Part shown: positions 8,012 to 13,464 of the stretch, one piece after another
How the letters are laid out: the number at the start of each line of letters is the position of its first letter
Numbering within the stretch: the stretch's first letter is position 1
Assembly: GCF_020969955.1 (NCBI RefSeq)
Contig: NZ_JAHDSX010000055.1
Span: forward strand, 1-13,512
Source: Allobaculum fili
GTDB lineage: Bacteria > Bacillota_I > Bacilli_A > Erysipelotrichales > Erysipelotrichaceae
DNA: 13,512 bases
Direction of reading: 5' to 3'
Translations under genes and position numbers: made by a program
Notes under the pieces: generated by a model
Databases searched by the model: none
Seen by the model: the letters and a program-made list of their open reading frames with translations, nothing else
What the model was told of the DNA's origin: nothing

Positions 8012-8094
8012 ACCGCCCTCCCACCCCTGCAGTGCGCGTAACCTTTTTCGCCGCCATTCTCTATTTTCAATCCGCGAACGTTTAGAAACGCATG

Positions 8095-8139
8095 CAAAAA
8101 AGCAGCCTTCCTCATGCTAGAGCACGTTAGGAAAGCTGC
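8095..8139 (-). terminator. Rho-independent terminator closing the pilus operon.
   Basis: The minus-strand RNA reads GCAGCUUUCCU...AGGAAGGCUGC, an 11-bp stem with one G-U pair, followed by UUUUUU. It begins 79 nt after the base-pilin stop. Confidence 0.8.
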
Positions 8140-8217
8140 TGATTTTCCATCTAAGTTCCGCACTAAGCGGATAGAAATGGATAAGCGTTTTAGGCTGTTT
8201 CTTCTTCTGCCCGGCGC

Positions 8218-8985
8218 TTACCGGTTCGATTTATCACGGGAAAGCTTTCTCTGCGTGAAGATCAGAATGATCGTTGCGGAAAGAGCAATCCAGATCCAAA
8301 GGTTGGCACTAAGCGCTGCGGCAGTGTTCGGTCCATGGCCCTTGGTGGGGGGATTCGAGGAGCTGGAGTTGCTTCCCGATCCATTCGAACCGCCAGGTTT
8401 GCTTCCTGAATCACTTGGCTTATTGCCTGAATCAGACTTGTCGCTGCTGGAGCCGGAGGAAGTGTCCGAGCTGTCATCGCCCGGGTCGATCGTCGGCTTG
8501 TACTGAATTTCCTGCATGGTATCGCGTTTCGCCTGATCCGACGCCGCATGATCCATTGACGGATAGGCCTTCACGACAGCCACCAGGCCGTCTTCACCAT
8601 TCGTGATCGAAACGCGGATCGTCGTATCGTCTTCAATCAGCAGTTCACAGTTGTCTCCCTCGATCAGATCGGAAACGAGCACGTAATAGTAGTCGCCAGG
8701 GACGGTATACGTGATATTTCCAAACCAGTCTTTCCCTTCGCCGTTAATGCGAAGTACGGTTTTCTGAGGAAGCGGTGCGCCGTCAACAGCTTCAAGTCGG
8801 AATTCCGTTACAACCGATACTTCGGGACCCGGTTTCGGTTTTCCTTCCGTAAAGAAGGTGGAAACCGGGATGTTTACATCGACTGAAGACGCCGCGTAAA
8901 CCGAAATCGGCTGAAAGGACATCACGAATAGAAGACCGGCAAGAAGAAGATGCTTAATTTTGTTCATACGAATTTTCATTAGCAT
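8218..8985 (-). CDS. Small ancillary (base-type) pilin with an isopeptide-linkage pilin domain, a Ser/Gly/Asp-rich stalk and a C-terminal sorting-signal-like anchor.
   Basis: A signal peptide (MLMKIRMNKIKHLLLAGLLFVMSFQPISVYA) is followed by a single pilin domain, FRLEAVDGAPLPQKTVLRINGEGKDWFGNITYTVPGDYYYVLVSDLIEGD...IRVSITNGEDGLVAVV. This follows the Spy0128/T-antigen-type pattern. A low-complexity DSSDTSSGSSSDKSDSGNKPSDSGSKPGGSNGSGSNSSSS stalk comes next, then NPPTKGHGPNTAAA, a hydrophobic helix and an RKLSRDKSNR tail. A strong AGGAGG lies 6 nt before the ATG at 8985, and the gene overlaps the sortase gene by 32 nt. Confidence 0.7.
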   Translation of the reverse strand: MLMKIRMNKIKHLLLAGLLFVMSFQPISVYAASSVDVNIPVSTFFTEGKPKPGPEVSVVTEFRLEAVDGAPLPQKTVLRINGEGKDWFGNITYTVPGDYYYVLVSDLIEGDNCELLIEDDTTIRVSITNGEDGLVAVVKAYPSMDHAASDQAKRDTMQEIQYKPTIDPGDDSSDTSSGSSSDKSDSGNKPSDSGSKPGGSNGSGSNSSSSNPPTKGHGPNTAAALSANLWIWIALSATIILIFTQRKLSRDKSNR

Positions 8986-9727
8986 TCTTCACCTCCTGCT
9001 TATTCTGGATGCGGCCAAAGAGAAGGACGCGTCCATTTGTTTCAACGTCATAGCAAGTCGAAAGAGCAATGATCTGCTGATCCGGCTTTACGCCGATATC
9101 GCGGTACTGCTGGCAGTCTTTTTTGAGCCGTTCCAGGAATCGTCCGTCAAGAGTCGAAGCTCCCTGCGGAATGGAATATACGTCCGGGTCTGCAGCATCA
9201 GTTTTCAGTACCGCAAACACTTCGATATCCCATTGCGAATCCAGAGAATACAGCGTCCCCGTTTTGTGATCATCGAAATAGTCCTTTTTCAGGAACTTCG
9301 TCAGATCTCCGAACATTCCGCCGTTTTCCATATGATGTCCATACAGCAGCGAATAGGGATCCGAGAAGTCCAGGCTGTTCAGACAGGAAAGGAAGATCGA
9401 ACCCGAAAGAGAGAAGTCTCCCAGAGGATCCTTATTCACATATTCCATGTCATCCTTGCCCTGAACAATCGGCTGGTCGATATGTGTATCATCGATCGTA
9501 ATCCATCCGATCACGTCTTTGTTCATCGCCACCAGTTCATCCATTGACCAGGACTGGCCAGGAGCCGGTTTGTATTTCATCAGATCGGAACCAAAGCCTG
9601 CCTGCGACAAGCGCCAGTTGTCCAGGAGAGAATAGCCGCCGTACAGCATCATGCAAAGAACAAGAATCATTGCGATGAAACTGATCAGTCGATCTCCCAT
9701 CCGGGCCAGTTTTGCAGCTCTGTCCAT
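8954..9727 (-). CDS. Class-B-type sortase (pilus-polymerising transpeptidase).
   Basis: The protein has an N-terminal membrane anchor and the SrtB-like block DVIGWITIDDTHIDQPIVQGKDDMEYVNKD...GSIFLS. The catalytic residues are present: His in LLYGHHM, Cys in ALSTCY and Arg in GRVLLFGR. AAGGAG lies 10 nt upstream. Confidence 0.9.
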   Translation of the reverse strand: MDRAAKLARMGDRLISFIAMILVLCMMLYGGYSLLDNWRLSQAGFGSDLMKYKPAPGQSWSMDELVAMNKDVIGWITIDDTHIDQPIVQGKDDMEYVNKDPLGDFSLSGSIFLSCLNSLDFSDPYSLLYGHHMENGGMFGDLTKFLKKDYFDDHKTGTLYSLDSQWDIEVFAVLKTDAADPDVYSIPQGASTLDGRFLERLKKDCQQYRDIGVKPDQQIIALSTCYDVETNGRVLLFGRIQNKQEVKNANENSYEQN

Positions 9728-9745
9728 TTAACTCTTTCTCCTTTG

Positions 9746-9775
9746 TTCATGAGAAGCTCTAAATCTTCTTATGAA
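9746..9775 (-). promoter_or_regulatory. Intercistronic hairpin between the backbone pilin and sortase genes.
   Basis: TTCATGAGAAG ctctaaat CTTCTTATGAA forms an 11-bp stem with one mismatch. No U-tract follows, and it ends 2 nt before the sortase RBS. Confidence 0.4.
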
Positions 9776-9805
9776 TTCGTCTATTCCAGATTCGATGATC
9801 CGAAA

Positions 9806-10861
9806 TTAGTCTTCGCGTTTACGACGGAAGAACATGCCAGCGAATACACCGCCCAGACCAACTACAGCTACATAAGGAGCAGCAGTCATCAGGATACCCG
9901 TGGGAACGTTACCATCTTTGGTGTTGGTGAATTTGATTTTATCTTCCTGTCCATCGTTGATTGCAATGTTTTCAGCTTTGGATCCAGGGAGATCAGCCGC
10001 ATCATTAATGCTGTGTTTTGCTTCATACCCAGCTCTCTGCTCTTCTACTGTGTAGATATCATCAGCTGTCAAACCGTCAATCGTTACGAATTCACTGTCA
10101 GCAAGTTTGAAGATGTAAGTCACCTGATCATCTGCTGTACTAGTGGCCGGAGTAATCTCTTGATTGTTATTACTTTTAATGGTGAATGTCTGTCCAGGCT
10201 TTTTCGTAACAGTGAGCGTGAAGTCAAATTTCTGCGCCTTGTCTCCCTGATTACCACCTACAGTTTTGGAGACAGTCAGCGGACGCGTATCATACTCATG
10301 CGCAAACACGAGGTCATCTTCCTTGCCTGCTGGATCGGTTACGTCTGTGCCAGCCTTTCTGAAGGTATAACTCTTGATTACCTTATTGGTGCCCTCCCAT
10401 TCTACGTTTACATACAGATCGTAAGTCTTCGTATCCACAGTAACTCCGTGGTAGTTATCACCAGTTTTGTCATCAGCGCTGATCGTGTATTTAAATACAC
10501 CGGCTCCTTTAAAAGCATTTACGTTGTCACATACGATCCTGCTCTGGGTGTACTCAATAATATTTTTAGTAGTATCAACATCTTCTGGAGCTGCATCAGC
10601 TTCTACATGCAGATTGGGTGCAGCTTCACCGTTGAAAATCGTACCTCCAGCAGCCGTCTCAGACCATTCAGAATCACCTATAGCAGGCGTGATCGTATAG
10701 GAGAAGGTTGTAGCTGTTGCAGGGTGATGTCCATCGTGAGTAGTTAAAGTTGTGTTGAATGTTGGTGTACTGCCCTCAGCTGCGAAGATCGGAGTAGCTA
10801 CGCTAGCCAGAGAAATCATGCTTGCTGCTGTAAGAGCTGCGAGAGACTTAAAGTTTTTCAT
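9806..10861 (-). CDS. Backbone (major) pilin, Spy0128/T-antigen-like, with an NVPTG sorting signal.
   Basis: I placed the start at the ATG at 10861 (GAGGA 6 nt upstream), giving the signal peptide MKNFKSLAALTAASMISLASVATPIFA. The ORF-track start at 10915 adds 18 non-signal residues. The C-terminal Cna-B-like domain reads RPLTVSKTVGGNQGDKAQKFDFTLTV...YTVEE. The C-terminus, KDGNVPTGILMTAAPYVAVVGLGGVFAGMFFRRKRED, is a VPTG motif followed by a helix and a basic tail. Confidence 0.75.
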   Translation of the reverse strand: MKNFKSLAALTAASMISLASVATPIFAAEGSTPTFNTTLTTHDGHHPATATTFSYTITPAIGDSEWSETAAGGTIFNGEAAPNLHVEADAAPEDVDTTKNIIEYTQSRIVCDNVNAFKGAGVFKYTISADDKTGDNYHGVTVDTKTYDLYVNVEWEGTNKVIKSYTFRKAGTDVTDPAGKEDDLVFAHEYDTRPLTVSKTVGGNQGDKAQKFDFTLTVTKKPGQTFTIKSNNNQEITPATSTADDQVTYIFKLADSEFVTIDGLTADDIYTVEEQRAGYEAKHSINDAADLPGSKAENIAINDGQEDKIKFTNTKDGNVPTGILMTAAPYVAVVGLGGVFAGMFFRRKRED

Positions 10862-10983
10862 TTTCTTTCCTCTTTCACATTTCTCAATGAATCGGTATAA
10901 GCCCTGGACCGACATAAACCAAATTCCGAGAAATTTTTTATGATTTGTTATTCAAAGTTAAATCTTTGAAAGGGCGGCTGAAT

Positions 10984-11541
10984 TTAGAGAGAGACGCGGC
11001 GGAGAATCGTGGAAACTTTTCCAATAATGTTTTCCCGCTCAACAGGGCCAAACTGCCGGCTGTCGGCTGCGCCTTCTCGAAAGTCGCTCAAAATGAAATA
11101 TTCATTGTCGCCAAGAAGCAATGGGTACGTAACGTCTGAATCGTATGCAGGGGTGGAATAATAAATCTCTCCTTCACTGACGGTTCCGTTATTTACTTTC
11201 AGCTTCGCATCTTCGGTAATTTCTACCGTATCGCCGGGCCGTGCGACAATTCTTCCGGTCCGGACTTTACCGTTTGCCTCATAGGAAACGATATCGTTGT
11301 TCCATAAATTCGAGGGAAAGCAGTAGACCAGAGCAATGTCACCAGACCGAAGTGCAGGTTTCATGTCATCACCGGAAACGATTGTGAGTCGGAAGACGAC
11401 GCCAAACAGGACATAAATGAAGAGGATTAGTCCCGCCAGCCGAGTCAGAAAGGATTTGATGTCTCGCCGATCCAGTAAATCCTTTCGCCTTCGAGCAATC
11501 ACTGCTTCCGGGGTAACTGGTTTTGCTTTCTTTTTTTGCAT
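10984..11541 (-). CDS. Signal peptidase I (S26) homologue lacking the catalytic Ser/Lys dyad; a SipA/LepA-like pilin assembly factor.
   Basis: The ORF is 185 aa with one N-terminal TM helix. The S26 boxes are recognisable but mutated. Box B reads VSGDDMKPAL, with D59 where the nucleophile Ser belongs (consensus GDSMxPTL). Box D reads TGRIVARPGD, with G96 where the general-base Lys belongs (consensus KRxIGLPGD). Box E reads SDFREGAADSR (consensus GDNRxxSxDSR). The gene sits between the adhesin and backbone pilin genes. Confidence 0.8.
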   Translation of the reverse strand: MQKKKAKPVTPEAVIARRRKDLLDRRDIKSFLTRLAGLILFIYVLFGVVFRLTIVSGDDMKPALRSGDIALVYCFPSNLWNNDIVSYEANGKVRTGRIVARPGDTVEITEDAKLKVNNGTVSEGEIYYSTPAYDSDVTYPLLLGDNEYFILSDFREGAADSRQFGPVERENIIGKVSTILRRVSL

Positions 11542-11576
11542 TGATTTCTAACCTCTTATATGGAGCATTTAAATTT

Positions 11577-11870
11577 TTATTCGCTAAGCGAAGAGGAATC
11601 GCTGCTTTTGAGTTTCTGGATTTCCAGATCTTTTTCATCCAGCAAAGCTCGGTAGTACGATTCCTGACACGCCATGACGGTTCGATAGGCTTTCTGCAAT
11701 TCTTCCATCTGACGCCATACGCTCAGCTCACTTACACCGCCAAAAGTCTTTTTGGTAAATTTCATCTGGGAAATGAACTGAGCCAGATCCTCCATGTTCT
11801 TGCAGGATTCCGGGCTCATTTTTTCTTTTTTCTCAGGTGTGGTTTTCCCTTTGCTTTTAGCGCTGCTCAT
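11577..11870 (-). CDS. Small cytoplasmic Lys-rich / coiled-coil protein of unknown function, with a possible DivIVA-like or HTH-like motif.
   Basis: The ORF is 97 aa from the ATG at 11870, with AAGGAA 7 nt upstream; the ORF track starts at the GTG at 11876. It has no signal peptide or TM segment. The segment FTKKTFGGVSELSVWRQMEEL loosely fits the DivIVA N-terminal pattern F-x4-RGY-x4-V-x3-L, and a predicted helix follows. It overlaps the adhesin 3' end by 14 nt. Confidence 0.55.
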   Translation of the reverse strand: MSSAKSKGKTTPEKKEKMSPESCKNMEDLAQFISQMKFTKKTFGGVSELSVWRQMEELQKAYRTVMACQESYYRALLDEKDLEIQKLKSSDSSSLSE

Positions 11871-13269
11871 GTTCACGTTCCTTTTGGAAAATTAAGGAAT
11901 AGGCTGCGAGAGCCAGAATGCCTAAAGCACCGCCGGTAACAAGAACTGAATTTTCTTCACTGTCATCGTGAAGACCACCAGGAACAGTTCCCTGCTTTTC
12001 ATTCTGGAAGATTACCACTGTTTCCCCGTTAAACTCTTTTGATCCAGTATCGTTCGTACTACCAGATTCCGTCTTCGTTTGAGTGGTGATTTTGTAGGAT
12101 GCGGTGTATCCCAATGGATCTTCCCACACCTGATAATGACCGCCTTGCGGAACATTGAAAATGCATTGATCACCATTACTCAGATCAAATGTGTACCATC
12201 CTGCGTCGTCAGGCTCAATCGCTGAGTTTGCAGACAGATAAGGCTTGTAGTCGCTATCTAACACTCGAACGTGGAACTCAAACTTCTGCGTTCGATCCGC
12301 AAAGTTACCCACAACACTTTTTCGAACAATGAGCTGTTTCAAATCCAAAGCCCACTGCGCATAAAAGGTCGTATTTTCGTTCAGAATGTAAGGATCCAGA
12401 CTGTGATAGATCGTCTGTCCAGTTCCATCCGGAGTTTTCGTCCAGCCAAGGAAAATATATCCAACGCGCTCAGGGACAACTTCTTTTCCATCACTGTCAT
12501 GACCTACTGTGATCTCAGTCCCAAGCTCTTTCTGATATCCAGAAGGTACCTGGACTGAGTTATCATCACAGTTTCGATTGTATGTAACGTTGACAAGCTG
12601 CTTTTTCAATACAACTCCGTCTACATGCCATCTTCCTTTTCCTTCATTTTCGGAAAGGTTTTGAAGCTTTTGCACATACCAGAGCACATAATCAGTTTCC
12701 GGATCAAAATCATGGCCTGCTTTCTTCATCACATTTTGAATCTGATCTGCGGTCGGAAGGACATTCAGTTTTTGTGAAACATCATTTAAGGCGTTGACTT
12801 TCGGGTCGTTTTTTTCCACATAACCGTTATGGCTGTTGTCAATAATCCAACGTTCTTCCTGAATTGCTCCCTCAATCTTGATCATGTCCGTGTAATCGCC
12901 AGTCTTGTAATCACTCGGTTCGAATGGGATCTCACCATCTAACCGGATATAGAACTCTGCAGGCAAATTAACACTCTCATCTTGCCAGATTGCGTAAAGC
13001 GTTTGATTCTCCTGCGTAAGCTGATAAGGCGTAGAGGCTGGATACAGAGGATCTCCATTACCGTTTCGCAGATCCTTTGAAATAGACCAGCCCAGGAATT
13101 TATATCCTGGTCGTTCTACGTTCACATCTGGAAGAGTGACGATTTCTCCTCGCTGCCCTGTTTTTGGTTGCAGGACAAGATCAGGTCCACCGTTATTGTC
13201 GAAGTTCAACACATACATATCAGGTGTCTTTTTCCGATAGACCAAATCCGCTGAGAAGCTGTAATCCAA
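11857..13269 (-). CDS. Pilus tip-type adhesin fragment with two Listeria-Bacteroides (Flg_new) repeats, a Cna-B-like domain and a C-terminal anchor. It is 5'-truncated at the IS junction and is probably a pseudogene.
   Basis: The two repeats are YVLNFDNNGG...GYKFLGWSI...QTLYAIW and VNVTYNRN...GYIFLGWTKTPDGTG...TTFYAQW. The Cna-B-like domain is LIVRKSVVGNFADRTQKFEFHVRVL...YQVWEDPLGYTASYKI. The C-terminus is GTVPGGLHDDSEENSVLVTGGALGILALAAYSLIFQKEREHEQR. The only start is a TTG at 13269 with no SD, and there is no signal peptide. The same frame stays open for 42 more codons up to a TGA at 13396..13398 inside the repeat. Confidence 0.7.
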   Translation of the reverse strand: MDYSFSADLVYRKKTPDMYVLNFDNNGGPDLVLQPKTGQRGEIVTLPDVNVERPGYKFLGWSISKDLRNGNGDPLYPASTPYQLTQENQTLYAIWQDESVNLPAEFYIRLDGEIPFEPSDYKTGDYTDMIKIEGAIQEERWIIDNSHNGYVEKNDPKVNALNDVSQKLNVLPTADQIQNVMKKAGHDFDPETDYVLWYVQKLQNLSENEGKGRWHVDGVVLKKQLVNVTYNRNCDDNSVQVPSGYQKELGTEITVGHDSDGKEVVPERVGYIFLGWTKTPDGTGQTIYHSLDPYILNENTTFYAQWALDLKQLIVRKSVVGNFADRTQKFEFHVRVLDSDYKPYLSANSAIEPDDAGWYTFDLSNGDQCIFNVPQGGHYQVWEDPLGYTASYKITTQTKTESGSTNDTGSKEFNGETVVIFQNEKQGTVPGGLHDDSEENSVLVTGGALGILALAAYSLIFQKEREHEQR

Positions 13270-13425
13270 AGATTGTGTCTCAGAATAACTCTGTTCATTC
13301 TTATAGCAGTAAGAAGCAGTAATACCTTTTTTACTCTTGGTTAACTGAATCTCATCAATAATATAAACGCTACCTCCGCCAGTCTTCTGTAAGCGTCAAA
13401 TAAAAGACGGGTATTTTCTCGACCG

Positions 13426-13457
13426 CCTCCTTGGGATAATTCCTTTATTCAAGGAGG
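13426..13457 (+). promoter_or_regulatory. RBS-sequestering hairpin in the leader (right copy).
   Basis: CCTCCTTG (13426..13433) pairs with CAAGGAGG (13450..13457). The ATG is at 13465. Confidence 0.45.
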
Positions 13458-13464
13458 CTTTTTC

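Noticed and set aside
7983-8094. A possible T-box or riboswitch leader upstream of gltX.
   Set aside because: The predicted promoter leaves a leader of only about 20 nt. The remaining 80 nt upstream show no specifier-loop or antiterminator architecture.
6570-8120. A 516-aa plus-strand ORF.
   Set aside because: It is the antisense shadow of gltX. The minus strand has the unambiguous HIGH and KMSKS motifs, while this ORF has no RBS and no recognisable domain.
8347-8352. A G6 (minus-strand C6) homopolymer exactly at the NPPTKG codons of the base pilin, considered as a slipped-strand phase switch.
   Set aside because: Six bases is short for efficient slippage. I translated both the -1 and +1 frames, and they give no alternative sorting motif or sensible C-terminus.
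9743-10747. A 334-aa plus-strand ORF, along with other plus-strand ORFs such as 193..846, 3185..3829, 3366..4019, 4751..5332 and 8960..9547.
   Set aside because: All lie antisense to well-supported minus-strand genes and have low-complexity or implausible sequences. None has a convincing SD.
10862-10983. An internal promoter upstream of the backbone pilin (for example TTGGTT-17-TATACC, or AT-rich TTTAAC-16-TAAAAA).
   Set aside because: The hexamers match the consensus poorly (3-4 of 6 each), and several equally weak alternatives exist. I cannot call it without transcript data, although such a promoter would matter if the operon has lost its 5' end.
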